Assembly: GCA_965250005.1 (NCBI GenBank)
Contig: OZ252279.1
Coordinates: forward strand, 1,590,001-1,622,000
Length of the DNA stretch: 32,000 nucleotides
Reading direction: 5' to 3'
From: Demequinaceae bacterium
Lineage (GTDB): Bacteria > Actinomycetota > Actinomycetes > Actinomycetales > Demequinaceae
Below, in pieces: positions 8,680 to 19,439 of the stretch. The notes under the pieces were generated by a model. The model saw only the letters and a program-made list of their open reading frames with translations, ran no database searches and was not told where the DNA came from. Position numbers and translations under genes: made by a program. Positions within the stretch are counted from its first letter, which is position 1. Every line of letters starts with the position of its first letter.

Positions 8680-10145
8680 TGCGCAGAGGCGACGGACGGC
8701 TCTCGCACGACCTTCTCCCAGGCGAAAAGGGTCCGCAGGATGCTTGCGGCGTTTTTGGTGTATTTGCCCCAGGCGAGGAGGTGGCCAAGCTCTCGTACTT
8801 CGGCCTGTACGCGCTCCAGCACCGCGGTCAAGAGAGCGCGGGCATTGCCACGTCGAACGGCGAGCAAATCTTGGTGTTCAAAGACATGGGGTTGGTGTCG
8901 CAGGTATTCGACGAGGGTGCACTCGACTCCCTTACCGGTCACATCGCCGTGGGTCACACGCGATATTCGACTTCCGGTTCGAGTGTCTGGGCAAATGCGC
9001 AGCCCACGCTCGGCCCCACCGCGCACGGCACCGTCGCTCTGGGCCACAACGGCAATTTGACCAACACTCAGGAACTGCTGGACTTGCTGGTTGAGCGCGA
9101 GGGTATGGCCAAGGGCATGGACCTCCAAGGAGGTAAAGGCACCGATACCGCCGTCGTGACCGCGCTGTTGGGTAGCGACGAACACGACACGCTTGCGGAG
9201 ACGGCCCTCGAACTGCTGCCGCACGTCAAGGGCGCGTTCTCGTTTGTGTTCATGGACGAACACGCGCTGTACGCTGCGCGAGATCAGTACGGAGTCCGGC
9301 CCCTTGTGCTGGGCGAGCTCGACACTGGTTGGGTGGTCGCGTCGGAGACCGCTGCGCTCGACATCGTTGGCGCGCGCTGGGTGCGCGAAGTCGAACCAGG
9401 AGAGCTGCTCATCATCGATGAGGAGGGCGTTCATTCCGAGCGCTTCGCAGAGGCCAACCCCAAGGGCTGCGTCTTTGAGTACGTGTACCTCGCGCGACCG
9501 GACACCACCATCGCTGGTCGCGGGGTGAACGCGGCGCGGCTCGCGATGGGCAAGACCCTCGCGCAAGAGCATCCTGTCGAGGCCGATTTGGTGGTACCGG
9601 TTCCGGAGTCGGGAACGCCAGCCGCGGTGGGTTACGCGCAGGAGTCCGGCATTCCCTTCGCGCAGGGATTCACCAAGAACTCGTACGTAGGCCGCACGTT
9701 CATTCAGCCGTCGCAGACGCTGCGGCAGCTGGGGATCCGACTCAAGCTCAACCCGCTCCGCGAGGTGATTGAAGGCAAGCGCCTCGTCATCGTTGACGAC
9801 ACCATCGTCAGAGGTAACACTCAGCGTGCAATCGTCCAGATGCTGCGCGACTCTGGGGCGGCCGAGGTTCACGTCCGAATCTCCGCCCCGCCGGTCCAGT
9901 GGCCGTGCTTTTACGGGATCGACTTCGCCACGCGCGAGGAACTCGCGGCTGTTGGCCACACGCTCGACGAGGTACGCGAACAAATCGGGGCTGACTCGCT
10001 CTCCCACATTTCTATTGAGGGCATGATCGCCGCGACCGAGCAGCCCGCGAAGAACCTGTGCACCGCGTGCTTCACGGGCGTTTACCCGATTGAGACTCCC
10101 GTCGATGCGCGGCACCTACTCGCGATTCAGCCGGTGCAGCCATGA
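8679..10145 (+). CDS. purF: Amidophosphoribosyltransferase PurF
   Basis: A 22-residue propeptide precedes the catalytic Cys in ACGVFGVF. Also YFGLYALQHRGQESAGIA and the PRPP loop LVIVDDTIVRGNT. C-terminal Cys residues (CFYGID, CTACFTG) are consistent with the Fe-S type. Confidence 0.95.
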   Translation: MRRGDGRLSHDLLPGEKGPQDACGVFGVFAPGEEVAKLSYFGLYALQHRGQESAGIATSNGEQILVFKDMGLVSQVFDEGALDSLTGHIAVGHTRYSTSGSSVWANAQPTLGPTAHGTVALGHNGNLTNTQELLDLLVEREGMAKGMDLQGGKGTDTAVVTALLGSDEHDTLAETALELLPHVKGAFSFVFMDEHALYAARDQYGVRPLVLGELDTGWVVASETAALDIVGARWVREVEPGELLIIDEEGVHSERFAEANPKGCVFEYVYLARPDTTIAGRGVNAARLAMGKTLAQEHPVEADLVVPVPESGTPAAVGYAQESGIPFAQGFTKNSYVGRTFIQPSQTLRQLGIRLKLNPLREVIEGKRLVIVDDTIVRGNTQRAIVQMLRDSGAAEVHVRISAPPVQWPCFYGIDFATREELAAVGHTLDEVREQIGADSLSHISIEGMIAATEQPAKNLCTACFTGVYPIETPVDARHLLAIQPVQP

Positions 10146-11248
10146 GCGATGAGGCGATCACCTACGCCGCCGCGGGCGTCGACACCGCTGCGGGCGACAA
10201 GGCTGTGGAGTTGATGAAGGCGGCCGTCGCGCGCACTCACGGGCCCGAGGTGCTCGGCGGTGTGGGCGCTTTTGCGGGCCTGTTCGATGCCTCCGCGCTT
10301 AAGGACTACCGCCGCCCGCTGCTCGCATCTTCCACGGACGGGGTAGGAACCAAGATCACCATTGCGCAGGCCATGGGCGTGCACGACACCATCGGCCAGG
10401 ACCTTGTCGCGATGGTCGTGGACGACATCGTGGTCACCGGCGCCAAGCCGCTGGTGATGACGGACTACATCGCTTGCGGCAAGGTGATCCCGGAGCGAAT
10501 AGCGGACATCGTGCGCGGCATAGCGCTCGGCTGCGAGATGGCGGACACGGCGCTAGTGGGAGGCGAGACAGCGGAGCACCCCGGCGTAATGGGCGAGGAC
10601 GACTATGACGTCGCAGGCGCCGCGATCGGCGTCGTTGAGGCTGACGCCCTGCTCGGCCCCGACCGCGTCAAGACCGGCGACGCCGTGGTCGCGATGGCAT
10701 CGTCTGGACTGCATTCAAACGGATACTCACTGGTGCGTCGGGTGGTTAAGCGCGCAGGCTGGGGGCTCGAGGATGAGGTTCCCGATCTTGGACGCGCACT
10801 TGGCGCCGAGCTTCTTGAGCCCACCCGCATCTACGCGCGGCTGTGCATGCAAATCGCGGGCGGAATCGACGGCATCCGCGCGTTCTCCCACGTCACCGGC
10901 GGTGGGCTCGCGGCGAACCTCGCGCGGGTTATTCCGGTGGGCTTGGCTGCAACGGTGACGCGCGACGGATGGGAAGTCCCGGCTGTGTTCCACGTAGTTC
11001 AGGGCGCGGGCGCTGTCCCGTGGAATGATCTCGAGTCCACCCTCAATCTAGGCGTTGGCATGGTGGCCGTCGTCGCGCCAGATGCGGTGGATGACTTGAT
11101 CGACCTGTGCGAAAAGCAGGGCGTGCGCGCGTGGGGGCTGGGTGAGATCGTTGCTGACGACGCGCGCGCCGAATCGCCCGACGTGATCCGAGGGTCGAAG
11201 GGCGTGGATGGCGGAGCCGTCTACCTCACCGGCGCGTACCGCAGTTAG
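10142..11248 (+). CDS. purM: Phosphoribosylformylglycinamidine cyclo-ligase PurM (AIR synthetase)
   Basis: Contains ITYAAAGVD, STDGVGTKI, DLVAMVVDDIVVTGAKPL, GGETAEHPG and SSGLHSNGYSLVR. ATGA overlap with purF. Confidence 0.95.
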   Translation: MSDEAITYAAAGVDTAAGDKAVELMKAAVARTHGPEVLGGVGAFAGLFDASALKDYRRPLLASSTDGVGTKITIAQAMGVHDTIGQDLVAMVVDDIVVTGAKPLVMTDYIACGKVIPERIADIVRGIALGCEMADTALVGGETAEHPGVMGEDDYDVAGAAIGVVEADALLGPDRVKTGDAVVAMASSGLHSNGYSLVRRVVKRAGWGLEDEVPDLGRALGAELLEPTRIYARLCMQIAGGIDGIRAFSHVTGGGLAANLARVIPVGLAATVTRDGWEVPAVFHVVQGAGAVPWNDLESTLNLGVGMVAVVAPDAVDDLIDLCEKQGVRAWGLGEIVADDARAESPDVIRGSKGVDGGAVYLTGAYRS

Positions 11249-11257
11249 CCGGCGGAA

Positions 11258-11455
11258 CTAGATTTTGTCGCCCCACGGGTCGTAGCGATCTTCCTCGACC
11301 TCGTCGTTGTTCGGCGCACTCGATTTCTGCGGTGCACCGGCTGCCTCGCCGGACACGAGCTCGCGCTCGAGTGCCGCTAGGTCCGATTCGGGTGACGAAT
11401 ATTTCAGTTGACGCGCAATCTTTGCGTCTTTGGCTTTCTGACGGCCGCGCCCCAT
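11258..11455 (-). CDS. DUF3073 family small protein
   Basis: The N-terminus MGRGRQKAKDAKIARQLKY and the acidic tail match the conserved actinobacterial small protein found convergent to purM (recalled synteny with M. tuberculosis Rv0809/Rv0810c). Confidence 0.7.
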   Translation of the reverse strand: MGRGRQKAKDAKIARQLKYSSPESDLAALERELVSGEAAGAPQKSSAPNNDEVEEDRYDPWGDKI

Positions 11456-11673
11456 GACGCCGTCCCTTCTCGCTACGGAGGGACACGTGAGACGGTCCCT
11501 GATTAAGAGTCCACTCCCGCACTTTACAACGCTGGGCGCCCTGTGAGCGAATCCTTCGCCGATAGAAGAAATCGGAAATATGGCGAAACCGCGTCATAAT
11601 CGGAGCATTGGGTCGTCCCATATATGTAATGAGCATCTGTCCGGACGTTCACCAACCTGAGGGATTGAGTACG

Positions 11674-11880
11674 ATGACGCACCAGTTTCCGGAGCCGGAG
11701 AAACTCCTAACGCCGAGCGAGGTTGCGGCGATCTTCCGTGTTGACCCTAAGACGGTTACACGGTGGGCAAAAGTGGGCAAGTTGTCATCCATCCGCACGT
11801 TGGGTGGGCACCGTCGCTTCCGCGAGGAGGAAGTCCGACTCTTGCTTGCCGAGGCCCAGGAAGAACGCCTCACGTCCTAA
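11674..11880 (+). CDS. bldC: BldC-family MerR-like/excisionase-type DNA-binding protein
   Basis: LLTPSEVAAIFRVDPKTVTRWAKVGKLSSIRTLGGHRRFREEEVRLLL is near-identical in pattern to Streptomyces BldC as I recall it. ATG 11674 is preceded by GAGGGA. Confidence 0.8.
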   Translation: MTHQFPEPEKLLTPSEVAAIFRVDPKTVTRWAKVGKLSSIRTLGGHRRFREEEVRLLLAEAQEERLTS

Positions 11881-11934
11881 CGACGTTTTCACGCTGACAG
11901 CTCCGCCGTCGGAGACGGAGCGTACGCTGGACGA

Positions 11935-12474
11935 ATGTCCATAGCCCCCGCGCCCCTTATCGCCACCGCCGTGACCACGCCGTTCGGCGTGGTCTCCCTT
12001 CTAGCGTCAGTTGATGACGGCGTAGTCCACGCCTCCGGTTTCGGCCAGATCGCCGAGATCGCCGCCAGGCTCCCTCGCGGAATGACCAGCGCGGGCTGGC
12101 TCTCAGGAGACCACCCCGACGCCGCAGATGCCCTCGAAGCTTGGTCGTCCGGCATTGTCGACGCCCTCGCCGCGGTCCCGTACAGCCAGGACGGCGGACC
12201 CTTCATGCAGAAGGCATGGGAGGCCATCCACCAGATCCCAGGCGGTCAGGTGATGTCTTACGGAGAGATCGCCATTCGCGCGGGATCCCCCAAAGCCATG
12301 CGCGCGGCGGGCCAGGCTTGCGCGCGCAATAACCTGGCTCCGTTCGTACCATGCCATCGCGTGGTCGCCGCCAGTGGAATCGGCGAGTACGGTGTCGGAA
12401 ACTATGCGTACGGCGTTGACCTCAAGCGCGAAATGCTCCTGCACGAAGGTGTGGACGCGAGCTTCCTCAGGTGA
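11935..12474 (+). CDS. ogt: Methylated-DNA--protein-cysteine methyltransferase
   Basis: Active site PCHRVV. Upstream HTH segment VMSYGEIAIRAGSPKAMRAAGQACARNNLAPFV. Confidence 0.85.
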   Translation: MSIAPAPLIATAVTTPFGVVSLLASVDDGVVHASGFGQIAEIAARLPRGMTSAGWLSGDHPDAADALEAWSSGIVDALAAVPYSQDGGPFMQKAWEAIHQIPGGQVMSYGEIAIRAGSPKAMRAAGQACARNNLAPFVPCHRVVAASGIGEYGVGNYAYGVDLKREMLLHEGVDASFLR

Positions 12475-13394
12475 GCGCGCCTGCGCCGTCCGACGTCAGC
12501 GTCGGCACCTGGATTACGCCGTTCTTGATTGCCGCGATCGCGTGGGGGTCCAGTTTCCTTTTCATCAACCTCGCTTTGCGGGAGTTCGAACCCAGCCAGG
12601 TCGCATTCGGCCGCGTGGCGGTGGGCGGGCTCGTGCTGGCGGCGATGCTGATCGCATCGCGCCACATGCCGCGGTTCACGTGGAAGCAGGTCGGGAGCAT
12701 CGCGCTCGTGGCCATTGGGCTGTCGGGGGCGCCGTTCGTGTTGATCCCCGCCGCACAGCAGCACATCACATCTATCCTCGCGAGCCTGCTCAACGCCACC
12801 GTCCCGCTCTGGACGGCGCTATTCGTGGCGCTGCTCATCCCCAAGGAGCGCGCCAACCGCATGCAATGGGCCGGCCTGCTGCTCGGAGTGGTGGGCATTG
12901 CAGTGTTGCTCGGAGCGTGGGACGTCGAAGGCTTCCCCGTCTGGGGCGCGATACTCATGCTCTCGGCAACGGCGTTCTACGGAATCGGATCGACGCTGTC
13001 GCGCATGCTACTGGCCAAGGTCAAGCAATCACCCACGGCGTTGTCTGGGATGCAGATAGGCTTGTCGGCGTTGATGCTGCTCCCATTCGCGCTCATCGCG
13101 CCAGCGCCCGGAGAGGGCGCGTACAACCTGAACTCCGTAGCCATGTGGTCGATGATCCTGCTCGGGGTACTCGGAACGAGTTTCGCGTACGTGATGTTTT
13201 GGCGAGTGGTGGCAATCGCGGGCGCGACCACCGCGGCGAGCGTGACCTACATCGTGCCCATCGTGGCGACCATCTTGGGAATCGTGGTGCTCGGGGAGCA
13301 ATTGCTCTGGCACGAACCTGTGGGCGCGGTGATTGTGTTCGGAGGCGTGTGGTTGTCTCAGCAGAAGGCGAAGAATCAGCAGCCCGCTAACTGA
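12471..13394 (+). CDS. EamA/DMT superfamily transporter
   Basis: About 10 TM helices in two EamA-like halves. Start overlaps the ogt stop (GTGA). Confidence 0.8.
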   Translation: MSAPAPSDVSVGTWITPFLIAAIAWGSSFLFINLALREFEPSQVAFGRVAVGGLVLAAMLIASRHMPRFTWKQVGSIALVAIGLSGAPFVLIPAAQQHITSILASLLNATVPLWTALFVALLIPKERANRMQWAGLLLGVVGIAVLLGAWDVEGFPVWGAILMLSATAFYGIGSTLSRMLLAKVKQSPTALSGMQIGLSALMLLPFALIAPAPGEGAYNLNSVAMWSMILLGVLGTSFAYVMFWRVVAIAGATTAASVTYIVPIVATILGIVVLGEQLLWHEPVGAVIVFGGVWLSQQKAKNQQPAN

Positions 13395-13402
13395 GGGTGC
13401 GG

Positions 13403-13786
13403 CTAGTCGAAATACTTGCTGGCGGCGTTGTACGCGCTGACCGCGCGCTCGGGGCGCAGGTCCTTGTTCCTCTTGATCTTGACTGCGCCGGTGGCCATGA
13501 TGATCAAGGCGATCACGAGGACGCCGCCGCCAACAACCAGCGCGGCCTGCCAGAGCGGCCAGATGGTGGTGAGGCCGGCGACACCTGCGATGATCAGCAG
13601 GGTGATGGAGACAAAAAACAGGCCCATGGCGAACGCCACTAGGCCAGTGCCGGCGGCGAGCCCTTTGAGCTTCTTGGTGAATTCATCTTTGGCGACCTCA
13701 AGCTCGGCCCGGAACATCGCCGTGGCCTGCGAAAACAGCGCGGTGAGGATTGCTCCCACGCCGAACTTGCTAAATAACTTGTCCAC
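13403..13786 (-). CDS. Small two-TM membrane protein, holin-X/DUF1469-like
   Basis: 127 aa. An amphipathic N-terminus (AMFRAELEVAKDEFTKKLKG) is followed by two long hydrophobic helices. The family assignment is by resemblance only. Confidence 0.4.
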   Translation of the reverse strand: MDKLFSKFGVGAILTALFSQATAMFRAELEVAKDEFTKKLKGLAAGTGLVAFAMGLFFVSITLLIIAGVAGLTTIWPLWQAALVVGGGVLVIALIIMATGAVKIKRNKDLRPERAVSAYNAASKYFD

Positions 13787-13876
13787 GGTGTCTCCTCAAA
13801 CGGGCCGGTACCCCTAGTCAACCCCTTATCGGCGCGTCGGCGCAAATGCCCAAGCGTTTTGGAGTTTCGCCCTTAG

Positions 13877-13905
13877 CAACACAAAAGCCCCGCCGGGGCG
13901 GGGCT
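13877..13905 (-). terminator. Rho-independent terminator after the tRNA cluster
   Basis: The minus strand reads AGCCCCGCC-CC-GGCGGGGCT followed by TTTTGTGTT. It starts 6 nt after the tRNA-Phe 3' end. Confidence 0.65.
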
Positions 13906-13911
13906 GCCGTG

Positions 13912-13984
13912 TGGCCAGACCCGGTCTCGAACCGGGGACCTTTCGATTTTCAGTCGAACGCTCTACCAACTGAGCTATCTGGCC
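13912..13984 (-). tRNA. tRNA-Phe: tRNA-Phe (anticodon GAA)
   Basis: The reverse complement GGCCAGATAGCTCAGTTGGTAGAGCGTTCGACTGAAAATCGAAAGGTCCCCGGTTCGAGACCGGGTCTGGCCA folds as a cloverleaf. Anticodon loop CTGAAAA. Confidence 0.92.
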
Positions 13985-14027
13985 TGGTGACAACGCTCGG
14001 TCCACGAGGGACCGGGCGCGCCATCCG

Positions 14028-14101
14028 CGACCCTGACGGGACTTGAACCCGCGACCTCCGCCGTGACAGGGCGGCGCGCTAACCAACTGCGCTACAGGGC
14101 C
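14028..14101 (-). tRNA. tRNA-Asp: tRNA-Asp (anticodon GTC)
   Basis: The reverse complement GGCCCTGTAGCGCAGTTGGTTAGCGCGCCGCCCTGTCACGGCGGAGGTCGCGGGTTCAAGTCCCGTCAGGGTCG folds as a cloverleaf with one G-U pair in the acceptor stem. Confidence 0.92.
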
Positions 14102-14183
14102 TAGCGGTGCTTAGAGCACCCCTTACTGTAATGGTTCCTGACGAGTCAGTCACCACCTTTTCTGTACCCCAGCAGGGTACTCG

Positions 14184-14256
14184 TACCCCCAACGGGATTC
14201 GAACCCGTGCTACCGCCGTGAAAGGGCGGCGTCCTAGGCCGCTAGACGATAGGGGC
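14184..14256 (-). tRNA. tRNA-Glu: tRNA-Glu (anticodon TTC)
   Basis: The reverse complement is GCCCCTATCGTCTAGCGGCCTAGGACGCCGCCCTTTCACGGCGGTAGCACGGGTTCGAATCCCGTTGGGGGTA. Anticodon loop CTTTCAC. Confidence 0.92.
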
Positions 14257-14287
14257 TCCGTAGCGCCGTAGCGCCTTGGACCCCGAA

Positions 14288-14317
14288 ATTGTACGGGTTG
14301 GGGTGTGCTTTCACCAA
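14288..14317 (-). promoter_or_regulatory. Candidate sigma-70-type promoter for the tRNA Glu-Asp-Phe cluster
   Basis: The minus strand reads TTGGTG, an 18-nt spacer, then TACAAT. The -10 element ends about 31 nt upstream of the tRNA-Glu 5' end. Confidence 0.5.
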
Positions 14318-14345
14318 CTTTCGCGGTGAGCGGCAGAATGGGCGC

Positions 14346-14699
14346 ATGGTTCAGATGACCCGTGAGGAATTCGAAGACGCAGTCTCGGACGCGCTGGATG
14401 CGGTCCCAGAGCGGCTCGCAGCCATGATGGACAACGTCGTGGTGCTCGTTGAGGACGACGCCCCCGACGACGATCCAGACCTGCTCGGGCTCTACGACGG
14501 CATCGCTCTGACGGACCGCGGTAGCGACTGGGGCGCGGGCGAGTTACCCGACCGCATTTTCATTTTCAGGAACCCCACGCTGCGGGTGTGCGACGACGCG
14601 GCTCACGTGCGCGAGGAAGTCGCGGTGACCGTGGTTCACGAGATTGCGCATCATTTCGGCATCGACGATGACAGGCTCCACGAACTCGGGTGGGGGTAG
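14346..14699 (+). CDS. Zincin-like metallopeptidase family protein (DUF1025-type)
   Basis: HEIAHHFG zinc motif near the C-terminus. The acidic N-terminal half and the size are typical of this family. I prefer ATG 14346. Confidence 0.7.
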   Translation: MVQMTREEFEDAVSDALDAVPERLAAMMDNVVVLVEDDAPDDDPDLLGLYDGIALTDRGSDWGAGELPDRIFIFRNPTLRVCDDAAHVREEVAVTVVHEIAHHFGIDDDRLHELGWG

Positions 14700-14783
14700 C
14701 GAGTCGAAGCGCTTCGGTATTTGAGGGCACTCCTCGTGATCGTCGCCGAATGCGAAGCCTCGATTCTCGACCACACCGAGTGG

Positions 14784-17265
<2,482 letters not shown>

Positions 17266-17269
17266 TGAG

Positions 17270-17547
17270 TGCTCCTTTGCACGTATGCGATGCTGCCGAC
17301 CGCTTGCGCGCCGGCTCCTTGCAATGTAGTTCGCAGCGACGCCTTTGCTGCGGATGAATCTCGCGTCTGCGGGCGGTAGAGCCTGGGGTGCGCTGCGCAC
17401 GCAGAAGCGTCGCCGTCGCCGCCACGTGCGCGGCTGCGACGTCAGCCACATGAATGTAGTTGCGCACATTCGTGCCGTCCGGGCTGTCGTAGTCGTCTCC
17501 ATTGATCTGGCCGCGGATGCTGACAGAATCGTTTTGAGGATGAGGCG
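17270..17547 (-). pseudogene. Decayed C-terminal fragment of a GalE-like NAD-dependent epimerase
   Basis: Minus-strand translation gives ...SVSIRGQINGDDYDSPDGTNVRNYIHVADVAAAHVAA..., the GalE signature (GDDY.T.DGT.(V/I)RDYIHV.D(L/V)A.AH). In-frame TAA and TAG codons sit just upstream. A second frame near the 3' end reads NYIARSRRASG (compare Y.IAPRRAGD), which implies frameshifts. Confidence 0.5.
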
Positions 17548-17652
17548 TTTGGCCTGGCTACTGTTAGCGGCGTGAACTCCGCGTCGTCGCGAGCGCGACA
17601 ATCCTCTAGAGTGGGGCGGAATCATCGCCCGATACGCCCGAAGGGAGCCACC

Positions 17653-18234
17653 GTGAGTGTGATCGACAGACTTCTCAAGCACAACAAGACGTATGCCGCG
17701 CAGTACACGCCGGACCTCCCCCTGCCGCCACAGCTCAAGCTCGCGGTGGTGACCTGCATGGATTCGCGCCTTGACACCTTCGCGGGCTTGGGCCTTGACC
17801 TCGGAGACGCGCACATCATCCGCAATGCCGGCGGAGTGGTGACAGACGACGTCATTCGCTCGCTCGTGATCTCACAGCGGAAGCTCGGCACCCGCGAGAT
17901 AGTCCTCATGCACCACACAAATTGCGGCGCGCTGACATTCACCGACGACGAACTCAGGGACCAGTTGTTCGACGAGACGGGCCTCAAGCCTTCTTGGTCC
18001 CCAGAGTCATTCAAAGATCTCGACGCCGATCTGCGGCAGTCGATCGAGCGAGTTCGTTCGGACCCGTTCCTTCCTCACCGCGACAGCGTCCGGGGATTCG
18101 TCTTTGACGTGCATACCGGCGAGCTTCGTGAGGTCACCACGGCCGGATCGGGTGCTCGAAATCTGGCAGTTGGCGACCAGACTCAAGGCAGCCTGGTGGC
18201 TCATGTCAAGGACTGGTTCCGCGCCCGGAAATAG
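17653..18234 (+). CDS. Beta-class carbonic anhydrase
   Basis: Zinc ligand motifs CMDSRLD and HHTNCGA. GTG 17653 is preceded by AAGGGAG. Confidence 0.85.
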   Translation: MSVIDRLLKHNKTYAAQYTPDLPLPPQLKLAVVTCMDSRLDTFAGLGLDLGDAHIIRNAGGVVTDDVIRSLVISQRKLGTREIVLMHHTNCGALTFTDDELRDQLFDETGLKPSWSPESFKDLDADLRQSIERVRSDPFLPHRDSVRGFVFDVHTGELREVTTAGSGARNLAVGDQTQGSLVAHVKDWFRARK

Positions 18235-18321
18235 TCCGCTTCCGGCTGATAACCCCCTTGCGGGCGCCCAAATGGTGTCTAATAGGGGGCTGTAGGAACT
18301 CGTAATCTAAGGAGCACCACC

Positions 18322-18594
18322 ATGTGGGGCAGTTTTTTCAAGGCCATCTTCAAGCGCGAGCACGTGTTGTCGCCGTGGACGTGGATCGTTTCAATCTTCA
18401 CTGTCGTGTACACGATTTCGCCGATCGACGCCGTCCCCGAGCTCTTCGTCGGGCCGCTGGGGTATCTCGATGACCTCGGACTGTGGGGCGTCCTCACGGC
18501 CGTGATGCGCTGGGAGCTCGGTCGCTTTCAAGCCGAGCTCGCGGCCAAGGCTGTTACCCCGCAGTCGTCGCCCAAGACCACGCGCGAATCCTGA
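18322..18594 (+). CDS. YkvA/DUF1232 family membrane protein
   Basis: Y.ISPIDAVPE...GPLGYLDDLGL is the DUF1232 core. Strong SD (TAAGGAG) before the ATG. Confidence 0.6.
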   Translation: MWGSFFKAIFKREHVLSPWTWIVSIFTVVYTISPIDAVPELFVGPLGYLDDLGLWGVLTAVMRWELGRFQAELAAKAVTPQSSPKTTRES

Positions 18595-18686
18595 CACCTC
18601 CCGGGCCCGGCTCGGAATAGGCTGACGGGAGGGCAGCGTTGCCCTTGCACCGGCGCGGCAACAAGGTCACGCCAAGAGAGGCGACC

Positions 18687-19433
18687 ATGGCCGATGCCCC
18701 CGCGACTGACACGTCCGACCACGACTTCTCCCACCTGAAGGCGTGCTTCGTCAATTGCACTCTCAAGCCTTCGCCAACGCTTTCTCACACGCAGGGCTTG
18801 ATGGACCGGTCGAAGCACATCATGGCCGCACGCGGCGTTCAGATCGACGAGTTCCGAGCGGTGGACTACGACATCGCGCCGGGCGTATACCCCGATATGA
18901 CGGAGGACGTGGTTGGCGGGAACCAGAAATCAGACGATTGGCCTGCGCTTGGCAAGCGGATCCTCGACGCCGACATCCTGGTACTGGGTACGCCCATCTG
19001 GTTGGGCGAGAAGTCTTCCGTGGCAACGCAGGTAATCGAGCGTCTCTACGGCCTCAGCGGTGGCCTGAACGACCGCGGCCAGTACTTCTATTACGGCCGC
19101 ACCGCTGGCGTCCTCACCACGGGCAACGAAGACGGCTCCAAGCACATTTCTATGAACGTGCTGTACTCGCTTCAGCACCTTGGCTACGCCATCCCGCCCA
19201 ACGCCGACGCAGGGTGGATTGGCGAGGCGGGCCCGGGCCCGTCCTACCTGGACGAGGGCAGCGGCGCGCTCGAAAACGAGTTCACGCAGCGCAACACGAC
19301 CTTCATGGCGTGGAATCTCATGCACATGGCGTCGATGCTCAGAGCGGCAGGCGGGTTTCCCGCCGGAGGCAATTCACGCGCGGACTGGGATACCGGGGCG
19401 CGCTTCGATCACCCGAACCCCGAGTACCGCTAG
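18687..19433 (+). CDS. Flavodoxin-like fold NAD(P)H-dependent FMN reductase family protein
   Basis: LKPSPTLSHT ... ADILVLGTPIWLGEKSS ... GVLTTGNEDG follows the pattern of NADPH-dependent FMN reductase and iron-sulfur flavoprotein-like proteins. Confidence 0.6.
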   Translation: MADAPATDTSDHDFSHLKACFVNCTLKPSPTLSHTQGLMDRSKHIMAARGVQIDEFRAVDYDIAPGVYPDMTEDVVGGNQKSDDWPALGKRILDADILVLGTPIWLGEKSSVATQVIERLYGLSGGLNDRGQYFYYGRTAGVLTTGNEDGSKHISMNVLYSLQHLGYAIPPNADAGWIGEAGPGPSYLDEGSGALENEFTQRNTTFMAWNLMHMASMLRAAGGFPAGGNSRADWDTGARFDHPNPEYR

Positions 19434-19439
19434 CGGCGC

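Noticed and set aside
8342-9094. ORFs with (RRSPP)n on the plus strand and (ASSRR)n on the minus strand
   Set aside because: These are alternative frames of the 15-bp repeat. The KKPAA frame is continuous with a plausible membrane protein and couples to purF.
8676-10115. 479-aa ORF antisense to purF
   Set aside because: This is a mirror ORF of the kind common in high-GC DNA. It is Arg/Gly/Leu-rich with no recognisable motif, while the plus strand encodes an unmistakable PurF.
3078-13786. Holin-like gene plus NlpC/P60 hydrolase as a prophage lysis cassette
   Set aside because: The two genes are 10 kb apart and separated by core purine genes. No phage structural, integrase or terminase genes are present.
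13826-14317. tRNA cluster as an integration hotspot or genomic-island boundary
   Set aside because: There is no integrase, no direct repeat of a tRNA 3' end, and no evident compositional break on either side. ORFs 13826..14086 and 13846..14046 merely overlap the tRNAs.
17266-17560. Purine or PyrR-type leader element upstream of the NCS2 permease
   Set aside because: No purine-riboswitch junction core or PyrR binding loop was recognisable. The repeated AACTACATT (17327 and 17454 regions) is better explained by relic galE codons (NYI).
17266-17814. N-terminal 183-codon extension of the permease ORF (634-aa track ORF)
   Set aside because: The extension is Arg-rich and non-protein-like, and it overlaps the carbonic anhydrase gene on the other strand. 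A canonical AAGGAG-ATG start exists at 17265, and part of the open frame is explained by the galE relic.
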